Source: Malacoraja senta
Taxonomy: Eukaryota
Assembly (NCBI GenBank): GCA_038087875.1
Contig: JAXLNO010000041.1
Span: 124,001-188,000 of the forward strand
Direction: 5' to 3'
DNA: 64,000 nt
In this document: positions 48,602 through 59,996 of the stretch, piece by piece
How the letters are laid out: each line of letters starts with the position of its first letter
Position numbering within the stretch: position 1 is the stretch's first letter
The notes under the pieces: generated by a model
What the model saw: the letters and a program-made list of their open reading frames with translations, nothing else
Told to the model about the DNA's origin: nothing
Database searches by the model: none
Program-made: the position numbers and the translations under genes

Positions 48602-51600
48602 TTTTTTTTTTTATAATGAAAAAGAAAAAGAGGGAATAGATTATAAAATATAGAAAAAACAGTGATCTATAGTGCGTGAGAAAGAAAAAAGGGTGAAAGA
48701 AGAAAAGTGAAGAAAAGAAGATAGGAAGAAAAATAGTAGAAATTAAAAGATTAAGGATATCGTTATTTATAATCTTGACCATCCCTCACCCTGGAACAGT
48801 TAGCTTCTACAATTGTGTTGCACCATATGCTTCCAAAAAGACCACAAATGGAGACCAACTCGTTAAGAATTGGTCTGATTTATCTATTAGGAGGAATCGC
48901 ATTTCCACAAGATGTGCGGTGTCCAACATGCTTGAAATCCACATTTTAAGCGTTGGTATTGCTGTATTTTTCCATAATTTATGTATTAGTTTTTTTGCCA
49001 TTATTAAACCATAATTAAAAAATAAATTTTGTGATGAGTTCAATTTATTCCCGTCTTCCATTGCTCCAAATATAATCATTTCAGTATTAGGTTCCATTTT
49101 TATCTTGAATAAGTTTGTAAATATTTCAAAAATATCACTCCAAAATTTATAAAGTTTTATGAAGGAAAAAAAAGAGTGTGTTATAGTTGCGTTTTGGGAT
49201 AAACATTTATCACAAATGGGGGACGTATTGGATAGAATTTATTCAATCTAGTTTTTGAATACTACAATCTATGTAAAATGTTAAATTGAATTAAATTATG
49301 TCTTACATTATTCGAACATTTGTGTATATATATCAAATACTTTTCACATGTTTCCTTCGCAATTTTTATCATTAATTCTCGTTCCCAATCTTCTCTAAGT
49401 ACCTCTGTCGATGGTAGGTCTATATTTAAAATACTATTATATAAATATGATATTAATTTCTGTTAGTCAGCCTTAATATTCATTGCTTCTTGCAGTGGAT
49501 CAAAAGTTATGTTTTGATATCATTGTATGTATTTCTTCACAAAGTCGCAAATCTGAAGATATTTAAAATATTGGTTATTTTTCGTTTAAATTTTAATTGT
49601 AATTGTTGGAATGGTAACAGGTTTCCCATTTCATACATATCACCGATCCTTTTAATTCCCATTCTTTCCCATTGGTTATATGTTTTATCAATAAGAGATG
49701 GGTTAAATGAAGGATTATTCACTATTGGCATTAACAATGATAGATTTCTCATTTTTAAAGATAATTTAATTTGTTTCCAAATTCTTATTGTATCATTGTT
49801 ATTCTTGTATATTGTGTTGTTCAGTTTTATCGGGGAGAAGAGGATCGCTCCTATGTTACAAGGAGAACAATCCTCTTTCTCCATTCTTATCCATTCTGTC
49901 TGTTGGGTAGAACTGTCCTACCAATAAATTATATTCTTAATATGCACTGCCCAATAGTAATACAAAAAGTTCGGATTTTAAAGCCTTAGACCTCCATTGT
50001 TTTACTGATTGGTCTAAGTATGGTCTAAAACACAATTGAAGTCCCCCCCTATTATTACATTTTGGTAATTAAACTCTGATATTATATCTATAATTTTATT
50101 AGAAAATTGGGGGTTGTCAACGTTCGGAGCGTAGTTGTTGAATAAATTTCTCCCGAAACTATAATATACCTTCCCTCTTTATCTGAAATAGTATTCTTTA
50201 ATTTAAAAGGTATACCTTACCGAACAATAATAGCCGTACCTCTAGATTTAGAAGTAAATGAAGAATAATATGTTTGATCTATCCACTTCGCCTTTAATCT
50301 CATCTGTGTTTGTTGTTTCATGTGTGTTTCCTGCAAAAACATTATGTCACAATACAAAGATTTTAATTGAGCAACAATTTTACCCCTCTTAATTGATTCA
50401 TTGGCACCCCTTATATTCCAACTACAGAATGTAATTCCTCCATTCTTTATTTGTCTATCGTCTTGCATTATATATCAGTATAGTGTTTTTGAATCATATG
50501 GTGCAACCAAATACCTCAGAATTCTGTGTGCTGGGTGGTCATCCCGACTTTTAAAATTTATGTTACATCTCCGTCCTGTATAGTACCTTAGAAAAAGAAA
50601 GACAAAATGTGATATGAAATTGATTACAAAAAAATTAAACCAATAGAAATCTTTATAGTGATTAAAAAAAAATTGACGTTAAGGTATCTAAGAAAATATA
50701 CCTTAAAACCGAATAGCCACCTGAGGTGGCGAACAATTTATGGACTTCCATTGATGTTGTTGTACATTGAGGTCCATCCCCTTAGCAGAGTCTCGTGAAA
50801 GGCTACGGACCGTTTCATATGTTGTTTTTTAAAATACATTTATCAAACCAGCACCAGTAAAAACAGAAAGAATTCAGAAAAAGAAGTAAAAAATAAAAAA
50901 CCAAAAATAAAACACAACGTATGTTCAGTTCTATAAGTATATATGCCTTTCCAATTTATCTAACCTTAATCTAGTCTAAACGTTACCATATATATCCACC
51001 CAAAGTTCTTACATGATATCCCATTCTTTAACTATAATACAAGCAGGTACCAAGGGGTTAAACAAAGCCACGCATCTGGATCTTTTCCAAGTGTATACTG
51101 CTCCTGCCTCCTTCACACACAATATTAGTTTGTTAGTATTATTATGAACATTTTAGTTAATTACTGTATATTAGTATATATCATCAATATTAGTTCATTT
51201 TCCTTAACAATTTTAAATTTATAAAATCAAAATTATGTACACTCCCATTATCACCGCTTCATGGGTTATTCATATTTGCCACTTACATTAACAGATAATT
51301 AGTATTATTAAATTTGTTAGATTAATTGATTATTTATTATTATAATATAGTAATTAAAGATTTTCTTAAATCAACAATTTCTTATATTCCAATCAATATT
51401 ATCTCGTTCCATGTCACTTATTAATTCCCTCATTAATTCTGTATCTTCAACGTCCTTTTGTTTATCTTTAAGTTTTTCATTCAAGGTGAAACATGGACTG
51501 TACTCTCGAAAACACATTCCAGACAGATAGGCATATCTGGTAACTGTCTGGAAAAGTTCCGCCATCTTAACCAGAGCAAAACCTTGTCTAAAAAAGTTAA

Positions 51601-52499
51601 AAAGTTCAATATTCATCCTTGCCGTCATCTTCACCCGCTGTTTTCTTTACGATATCCTGTGCGTACTTAAAAGCCTTTTCGGGATCCGTAAATGAGCGTT
51701 CAGTGTCCTTATAAGTAATCTTCATTTTTGCTGGGTAGACCACCCCATATCTCACATGGGGTACTCCTTTCAGAATATTTCTTGTCTGTGTAAACAAGTT
51801 CCTTTTTTGGACGACCTCAGGGGGATAATCACGGAAGAGTCTAATATTATCCCCAAGATATGTGAGATTCTCCACATGGATAATCTTATTCAATATATTT
51901 TCCACTGAAGAGATGTCGAGGAATTTCACAATTATCTGTCTTGGATGAGCACTTATCCCCTTTGGAACACGTCCAACCCGGTGAACGACATCTATTCTTG
52001 GGTATTCCGGCAGTTTAAAAACATCTTTAAGTAAATCAGCAACGAAAGTACGTGTTTGAGATCCACGCCCCTCTCGTCCTTCCCTTACTCCAACAATTCT
52101 CAAATTCTGCCTTCTCGATCTCGCCTCCAAATGCAGACATTTGTCAGTCATTCTCACGAGTTGCTTCCCCTCAGATTTTTGTGCTTTTTTCAGACTCGTT
52201 ATTTCCATAGCCATTTCTTTCATTGCAGTCTCCATTTCTTCCATCAGCTCATCAGACTTTTCCATGTTATCATATCCCATTGAATTTCGTATTATAATCT
52301 TTTTCCATTTTAGCACATTCTGACATTAATGTTTTATCAAGCTCATTATACTGCTTCTTCAGCTCCTTTAACTCACCACAAGCAAAGTAATTTTTTTTAG
52401 AAAGATTAGTCTCCATACTCTCCATATTAGTCTCCACACTCTGCATTTTAGTCTCCATATTAGTCTCCATACTCTGCATTTTTTCCAGTGTAGTATTAA
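48602..52499 (-). mobile_element. L1-clade LINE, 5'-truncated in ORF1 and internally deleted (RT missing)
   Basis: ORF1 51606-52316 (LEARSRRQNLRIVGV...PRQIIVKF...IRLFRDYPPEV...YPAKMKITY) with frameshifted N-terminal part to ~52479; EN start ITFCSWNIRG...IMFLQETH (50217-50468); 15-bp TSD TTCCAGT(G/C)CATTCTT at 48587-48601 and 52500-52514; poly-T on + strand at 48600. Confidence 0.92.
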
Positions 52500-54387
52500 T
52501 TCCAGTCCATTCTTGAAAGCAATCAGAAATTGATCCAATTCCGTGTAAATCAGGCCAAACCTTATTTATACCAGGGAAGAGAACAGGGTTGATAATTTCG
52601 CAATGTGTTGTTCATTTTCTGGTTTCCTTATGATGCAGCAGATATTACATTTGCCTTGCGCAAATGAAAACATTGTAGTGCATTAGAGAACAGCCACAAA
52701 TGATCAGAGATGCTGGAACCTGCAGCAAAAATAACATTATGTGTTGGTGGATCTCAGCGGCGTCTGCCAGACATTGTACAAGAAAATGGAATGCGTGAGA
52801 TAGTTTGTAATACACGATCGTATTCCCCCACTTGAGTGATTAAATAATAGATGGAACTGCTGAGGGAGAGACTGGGTGGATGATAACAGCAGGATTGTAC
52901 GTCCTTTCATTGCCTATAGCTTTAGCAACCATGTACCATCCTTTGTTCCAAACCCATTCTCGCAAATTTCCCCTGCGCGGACTACGGCTTGTGGACTGCC
53001 TCTTGGAACCAGGCACTACAGGCTAATATTGTTACCCTCGCCATTAATGTCCGCCCCGGGCTCCAAGTGACTGGAACCACGTTGCCCCTCCTATTTCCTA
53101 ATCGTTTTGTCTCTGATCACCCGATGGTTACACCGAATAAACAGATGAGTGGTGATGTGATCTGCAGCATAAAATAAAACTATTTGCTGGCGCTGTGTCC
53201 ACTTGAACCCTGTTGGGACCAGTATCCTGGCAAACTGCACAACGAGGGCGGTAGATAGGGCTTCCTGCTGCAAGTAGGAAGTGTCAATATGAGTTTTTGC
53301 AAACACATAGAGGAGGCACGCAGGATCACGTGATGTGTTGTAGATTACAAAGACTCACTTCGTAATCGTTTCCGCTCATCGAGCCCTTTCTTTTTGCCGA
53401 CCACGGATGGATTCAGGGGCCGGTGTTGTTGCATGGTTGACACGAACTCAGAAATAGGAGACGCGCCAGGCTTCCGCGGTGCTATCAATGAGCAAGTGTG
53501 GAATCGCTCTCCTCTTGTCCGCGGCTGCGATGACGTTGGCAATAAAGCACTGGATGTCCTGCGCTCAGCTGCAATGAGCAAAATTGCATTCCCCAATCGA
53601 GCCTAACATCGCCAATGTAGGGAGCACACAGATGAAGAAGATTATGTTTATCCTCGTCGCCAATAAGCGACACATTTTCAATCTCGGTATCATTCAAAAT
53701 CGCACTCAAGTTTCTGTTTGTTATCTCCCCCCCAGCTAAAAATGATATTCGACATTTCCTTGATCTACTGTTTTCACACCTTACCCTTCCATGCCTCTAG
53801 TCTCCCTCTCCCCTGACTCTCAGTATCGGCCCGTAACATCACCCATCTTCTCTCCGTAAATGCCTCCTGTCCCGCTGTTACACCAGCATTTTGTGTTTAT
53901 CTTCGGCAGGGCACGACAAGATTTAACTCCATAGGGCAGAGTACAGGCCGGTGCACATCTGCCGCATTGTGGACATTGGGATTTGATACTGGAATTGATG
54001 CGCTACAATGTGGAGAACTTTATTCTGCACTCTGTATCTTTCCCTTTGCTCTATCTATTGCACTTCGGTTTGAATGGGTTGTATTTATGGACCGTTATCT
54101 GATCTGCTAGCTGGTATGCAAAGCATAGTTCATCACTGTATCTCTGACCATTATAAATCTAAATCCAATCCATGTGTTTTCCAGAAATGGCGATTCTGTT
54201 CACACAGATGCCGCCCTCAGCACAGAGCACAGAAAGGGAGTCGGTGGGTTTCAGCTGCGCCGATGACACCACAAGCAGCCCTCGAGAGAATCTCAGTGAG
54301 TTGGGAAGAATTCTCAGGCGGCGGGAAACCACAACCACCAAGCGCGGTGCAGACGTATCTCGCTGCAGCAGGCAAAGCAGAAGCTGA

Positions 54388-54426
54388 TGTTTTTGTCGGA
54401 AGGTTCCACTGGTTTCCATCACTGTG
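54388..54426 (-). promoter_or_regulatory. 23-RSS of V16
   Basis: CACAGTG + 23 nt + ACAAAAACA. Confidence 0.92.
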
Positions 54427-55358
54427 CGGCTAAAGGCGCAGTAATAAACTGCAGAGTCGCTCAGCTTCAGACCCGAAAGTGTTAAACGGACTAATTTTCT
54501 ATCGGTCTGGTGCTGGGCAGAGAAGCGATCGCCTGCAAAATCGGCTTTCTCCTCGTTTCCTATTGAATATTTCCTCCATATGAACTCGGGCCTTGAGACC
54601 TGATGATGCCGGTACCAAAATAAGTAGTAGTACGTTTCTGCGGTCTCATAGGTGCAGCTGAAAGTCACCGACTCTCCTTCTACCTTCTGTGCTGACGGCA
54701 GCGATTGTGTGACGGTATCTCGATGATTGGGATCTGAAAAAATATATGGATTATGTTTAGGTTTGTCATGCGTGCACGAAAATACGCGGAAGACTTTTGC
54801 ATTGCATCCTACCCAAACAGATCAACTGATAATATACTTCAATACAATCAAATTAAACGCACGTTCCACAGATAGAAAAAGGGAAGATAGCGAGTGCATA
54901 ATAAAGTTAATATTATTGTAGCGAATCAGTCCTAGAGACAAAGGCCAATGTCGACACTGAGGTAGATATGCATCGCATAGTTGCCTTGCATATCGAGGTG
55001 AATCGAACATTGCCGCGGCTTATAGGTAGGAAGGAACTGGAGATGCTGACTTAAACCGAAGTTAGACACGAAAAGCTGGAGTAACTCAGCGGGTCAGCCT
55101 GCCTTTCTTGACAAAAGGAATAGGTGACCTGAAGAAGCGTCTCGACCCGAAACATTACCTATACCAATTGATTTTCTCCATGGCATGTGGATGGCGATTA
55201 GATAGGACCGGCTTACCATTTACATATGGGGAAAGATTAGACCGGTTCGCATTCACAATGATGGTCGACGTTCCGTCGGAGTAAGTAACCGGATTAACTG
55301 CTGCGATTTTACCTATGAGGCATGCTCCCCACACAATCCAGATGGCAAATACGCGCAT
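54427..55358 (-). CDS. TRAV/TRDV: V16 (family B), apparently functional
   Basis: Leader 55358-55313 MRVFAIWIVWGACLI; V exon 54733-54427 (307 nt). Confidence 0.9.
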
Positions 55359-55794
55359 TTTCCCTGTGAAAAACCCTTTGTGAAATTCCCTCCTCGACAT
55401 GGTGCTGTGCGGCTTTCGGATGTTCTCGCCTCTCCTGCTGGTGCTGGTGGCGCAGTGGTAACGCTGGGTGGGAAGGGACTGACTTCCGCCTACCTCAGCT
55501 TCCTCCTCAGTTGGGACTCGGTCAGCGTTCGTTCAGGTTAGGCATGTTGTGACTGGGTGGGGAAGTAAACGTCCTCATCGCTGTAACAGGGGTAACTCGA
55601 CTCGGCCTTATGAGGAACTCTAAGATATCTCATATAAAGCAACTGTGAGGAGCGCGTCAATGAAGGATTGATATGTTACGTTGATTGCCTGGCGAAATGT
55701 ACTTTCTGTTTACATTTATCTCCGAGTTAGAAATTATCCCCATTCCCTCATCGAACCGCTAGGAACGGAGTCGATGCGAGATAGATGCGAGTAA

Positions 55795-56245
55795 AGGGCC
55801 TGTCCCACGGGCATGCGACTCCATAACGTGGTCGCTTGAGCCGTACGGCCTCGCGGGGCCGGTCACACTTCGATCGCCGGAGCCGTATGGAGTTGTGCGG
55901 AGCTGGTCCCGACATCGCGCGGGGCTCCGAAAAACTGACCGTGTTGAAAAATTCCGCGCGGCAACGGCCTGCCGGCCCGCAGCCGCCTCGACGCGGTACG
56001 CAGCGTCTCGACGCCGTACGCAGCGTCTTGACGCCATACGTCCCGCGCGAACTTCCCGCGTCACTCACTCGACCTCCGCTTCACTCACTCACTCACTCAC
56101 TGGTCGCGCTTGCCGCATGCAGCCGCATGCTGGTGGGACCGGCCCTGTACGGGGATCACTGGAACTCCGCGCGGCCCCCGCGCGGCCCCCGCTTCCGGTT
56201 AGGTCGTGCTTGCCGTATGGAGTCGCATGCCCGTGGACAGGCCAT
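55795..56245. mobile_element. 451-bp GC-rich MITE, PIF/Harbinger-like
   Basis: ~30-bp TIRs AGGGCCTGTCCCACGGGCATGCGACTCCATA / TATGGAGTCGCATGCCCGTGGACAGGCCAT; TAA/TTA 3-bp TSD; absent from paralogous sites (~21990, ~38640); internal (TCAC)n. Confidence 0.85.
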
Positions 56246-56369
56246 TTAGGATGCGAGGCCACGTTTAGAGTATTGCGTTCAGTTTTGGGCACGTGTGATA
56301 TGAAAGATGTTGTCAAGCAGGAAAGGGCGCAGAGAATACTTGCGATGATGTTGCCAGCACCCAAGGGAC

Positions 56370-56935
56370 TGAGTTTGTTTCGTGTAGTTCAGAGATACAG
56401 CGCGGAAACTGGCCCTTCGGCCCACCGAGTCCGCACTTACCAGTGATCCCCGCACATCAACAATACCCTACACACACCAGGGACAATTTTACATTGGTCA
56501 AGTCAAGTCAATTTTATTTCTATAGTACATTTAAAAACACCTCTCGTAGTGCAAAGTGCTTTACATTAGTGAAGGTATAACGTGCTACATACAGTGGTAC
56601 ATAGATCAACAATACATACAGAAGTACATACATACAGCGCTCCCTCAGAGGACATCAAGAAAGGCTTGAGTGTAGAAATACGTTTAATCATATAATTAAA
56701 TGTGTTGATGGAGGGAGCTGTTCTGATGGGAAGAGGGATGATGTTCCATAGTCTTGGTATTTAAAACACGCCAATTAACCTACACACATGTACGTCTTTG
56801 GATTGTGGGCAAAAACCCAGGATCTCGGAGAAAACCGACGCAAGTCACGGGGAGAGCGTACAAACTGTGTACAAACAAGTACCCGTAGTCAATATACCCG
56901 TGACTCTAGCGCATTAAGGAAGTAGCTATACCGTT
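56370..56935 (-). mobile_element. HE1-type SINE with nested L2 fragment (56498-56764)
   Basis: Reverse complement of the composite at 29652-30255. Confidence 0.7.
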
Positions 56936-57334
56936 ATATCGGGAACGGCTTGAGTTGGAGGTCCACGCCTCCTGTGGGGGCTACGGGTAGGGAACGGGTG
57001 CGTTGGGGGAGCTGACCCTATCGAATCCTCTCATAACTTTACATACCTCAACCAGATCTTCCTGCGATCTCCGACATTCCAGAGGGAAATAATCCATTAT
57101 GACCAATCTCTCCCTGCACCGTTAATCTAGCCACCATTCCGGTAAATGAGCAACTGCGGCTCTAAAACACGCTGTTCATATTAAATGTGTCCATCTTGCT
57201 GAATTCGCAAAGTCATTCACTAACGGCTTTGCTACTGGTCACCAATATGTACAGCCTGCTAGTTTGGTTAGTTTACATTAGTTTATGATAGGCGTCGATA
57301 GGTTAGACTGTCATAACTTTCATTTCCCCAAAGG

Positions 57335-58672
57335 TCGGTTCTAACCGGGATGGCTGGACTGGCATATGTTGAAAGAATGGAGTGACTGGGCGTGTATCCA
57401 CTGGAATTCAGAAGGATGAGAGGGAATCTTATTTAAACATATAATGTTATTAAGGGTTTGGACACGCTAGAGGCGGGAAACATGTTCCCGCTGTTGGGGG
57501 AGTCCAGAACCAGGGGGGCACTGTTTAAGAATAAGGGGTAAGCCATTTAGATGGAGATGAGGAAACATTTTTTCGCACAGAGTAGTGAGTCTGTGGCATT
57601 CTCTGCCTCAGAGGGCGGTGGAGGCCGGTTCTCTGGATACTGTCAAGAGAGAACAATATCGGGCTCTTAAAGGTAGCGGAGTCAGTGGATATAGGGAGAA
57701 GGCAGGAACGGGGTACTGATTGGGGATGATGATCACTGTTGTGGGACATATCACTGATGGGGATAAGTCAGAGTATAGAAGAGAGATCGAGCGACTGTCC
57801 ATATCGAGCCAGCACAATAACCTGTCCCTCAACACCAGCAAAACCAAGAAACTGATTGTGGACTTTGGAGGGAGTAGGATGGGAACCCACAGTCCCGTTT
57901 ATATCAACGGGTCGATGGTTGAAAGGGTCAAGAGCTTCAAATTCCTGGGCGTGCATATCTCTGGAGATCTTTCATTGTCTGAGAACATTGACGCAATTAT
58001 TAAGAAAGCACATCAGCGCCTCTACTTCCTGAGAAGGTTACGTAGAGTCGGTGTGTCAAGGAGGACTCTCTCTAACTTCTACAGATGCACAGTGGAGAGC
58101 AAGCCGACCGGTTCCATCGTGGCTTGGTTCGGCAACTTGAGCGTCCTGGAGCGGAAAAGACTACAAAAAGTAGTAAACACTGCTCAGTCCATCATCGGTT
58201 CTGACCTCCCTTCCAACGAGGGGATCTATCGCAGTCGCTGCCTCAAAAAGGCTGGCAGTATCATCAAGGACCCACACAATCTTGGCCACACACTCATCTC
58301 CCCGCTACCATCAGGTAGAAGGGACAGGAGGCTGAAGACTGCAACCACCAGGTTCAGGAATATCTACTTCCCCACAGCCATCAGGCTATTAAACTCGGCT
58401 CGGACAAAACTCTGAACATTAATAGCCATTATCTGTTTATTTGCACTTCATCAGTTTATACATTAATGTGTGTATATATTTATATAATGGTATTTGGACA
58501 CACTGATCTGTTCTGTAGTCATGCCTACTATGTTCTGATGTGCTGAAGCAAAGCAAGAATTTCATTGTCCTATCAGGGACCCATGACAATAAACTCTCTT
58601 GAATCTTGCATCTCGAATGATCACATTGAATGGCGGTGCTGGCTCGAAGGGCCGAATGGCCTACTCCTTCGC
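57335..58672 (+). mobile_element. CR1-type LINE 3' fragment (57335-57734, 58617-58672) interrupted by a Rex1/Babar fragment
   Basis: CR1 C-terminal nucleotide pattern (...tccagaaccagggg...ttttcgcacagagt...gcagg...gatgatca|...|tgatcacattgaatggcggtgc). Confidence 0.7.
57735..58616 (+). mobile_element. Rex1/Babar-type LINE 3' fragment
   Basis: ORF 57720-58415 TVVGHITDGDKSEYR...FKFLGVHIS...KKAHQRLYFLRRL...FYRCTVES; 3'UTR and (CTTGAAT)n-like tail. Confidence 0.85.
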
Positions 58673-58679
58673 CGATTGT

Positions 58680-59165
58680 ATAGGATTGATCCCTGGGATG
58701 GCGCGACTGTCATATGAGGAAAGATTGAAAAGACTAGGATTGTATTCACTGGAGTTTTGAAGGATGAGGGGGCATCTTATAGAAACATATACAATTATAA
58801 AAGGACAGGGCAAGCTAGATGCAGGAAAAATGTTCGCAATGTTGGGCCAGTCCAGAACCAGGGGCCACAGTCTTAGAAAGAAAGGGGAGGTCATTTAGGA
58901 CTGAGGTGAGAAAAAACGTTTTCACCCAGAGAGTTGTGAATTTATGGAATTCCCTGCCACAGAGGGCAGTGGAGGCCAAGTCACTGGATGGATTTAAGAG
59001 AGAGTTAGATAGAGCTCTAGGGGCTAGTGGAGTCAAGGGATATGGGGAGAAGGCAGGCACGGTTTATTGATAGGGGACGATCAGCCATGATCACAATGAA
59101 TTGCGGTGCTGGATGGAAGGGCCGAATGGCCTCCTCCTGCACCTATTTTCTATGTTTCTATGTTT
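58680..59165 (+). mobile_element. CR1-type LINE 3' fragment
   Basis: RTEVRKNVFTQRVVNLWNSLPQRAVEAKSLDGFKRELD; (TATGTTTC)n tail. Confidence 0.85.
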
Positions 59166-59339
59166 CTATGTCTATTGAAAATAAGCTAATCAGCCACTCT
59201 CCAACTCCGTCTTATCTGCAGGACCTTCTCTCTCTGCTTCCAGACCCATAAACTAATTTACTGCACAAACACATGTGTTACTTTTTAAGCTAGGGGGCTC
59301 GACTGTTGCAAGTAAATTAACAGGCACAATCCTGGGCAA

Positions 59340-59490
59340 CGTGCAGGCTCTGCGATCGTTTCGTTGAACATATCCGCTCAATTCGCCTAAAACTGCTTGA
59401 TCTCCCGCTTGCTAAACACTTTAACGCCCCCTTCCATTCCACACTGACCTCTCTGTGCTGGGTCTCCTGCATTGTTGGAGGAGTCAAAAT
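59340..59490 (+). mobile_element. Penelope-like GIY-YIG endonuclease fragment
   Basis: DRFVEHIRSIRLKLLDLPLAKHFNAP...HTDLSVLGLLHC pattern (with a frameshift). Confidence 0.65.
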
Positions 59491-59494
59491 TGCC

Positions 59495-59996
59495 CCCTCT
59501 TACTTTTTGCTCGAATCTGCTTGATAACGTACCCTGCTTCTGCAAAGTATTTTACACTTCAACCGCGTGGAGAGTTTACGAATGGCAACGGCGTTTTTAA
59601 AACCCTTGCCTCCCGGTTCCTCCTCATTCTGTTGCTCAAACTGCAGACGGTCACACAAACCCTGGCGGTCAGTTAAGCCCGCGGGAGACTGCGGGGTGAG
59701 AACAATGGAGCAAACAGTGAGCGAGCAATGAAGAACAGAGGAATGTCCATCATCTTACTGGTGGCAATCTAGTGAAGCTGTATCCTGTTGCGTTCGCCTT
59801 ACCTTGTATATGATATTGTTGTAAAAGTTACAAGCATTAGCTGTGCTAGCCGGTTTAATGCCACTGATCCAATGTTTATCCTCCAAGAAAGTGGATGCAT
59901 GCTGGTGCTTCTGAACTCCTGCACCAACTCGTGCATTTATGAAGGGCGCAGACCAAATTCCGAGAGTAGTTGAAGAATACGGCTAAATACCCGCTG
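59495..59996 (+). pseudogene. Class A GPCR pseudogene fragment (ECL2-TM5-TM6-TM7-H8), GPR139-like family
   Basis: DNVPCFCKVFYTSTAW / FLLILLLKLQTVTQTLAVS*ARGRLRGENNG..MKNRGMSIILLVAI** ..DPMFILQESGCMLVLLNSCTNSCIY / QTKFRE*LKNTAKYP; stops at 59674, 59770, 59773 and two frameshifts. Confidence 0.75.

Larger units (their letters stand above)
36092..52675. repeat. Segmental duplication cassette copy 2 [V13(-), V14 pseudo(+), V15(+)]
   Basis: Colinear with 19310-36090; boundaries approximate. Confidence 0.8.
52676..56940. repeat. Partial third copy of the cassette (V16 unit)
   Basis: Homologous to 19310-22440 and 36092-39080; homology ends at about the SINE head near 56935. Confidence 0.75.

Noticed and set aside
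55748-56446. Several GC-rich overlapping ORFs of 90-180 aa
   Set aside because: They overlap a TIR-bounded, CpG-rich MITE; GC richness suppresses stop codons and no transposase motifs are visible.
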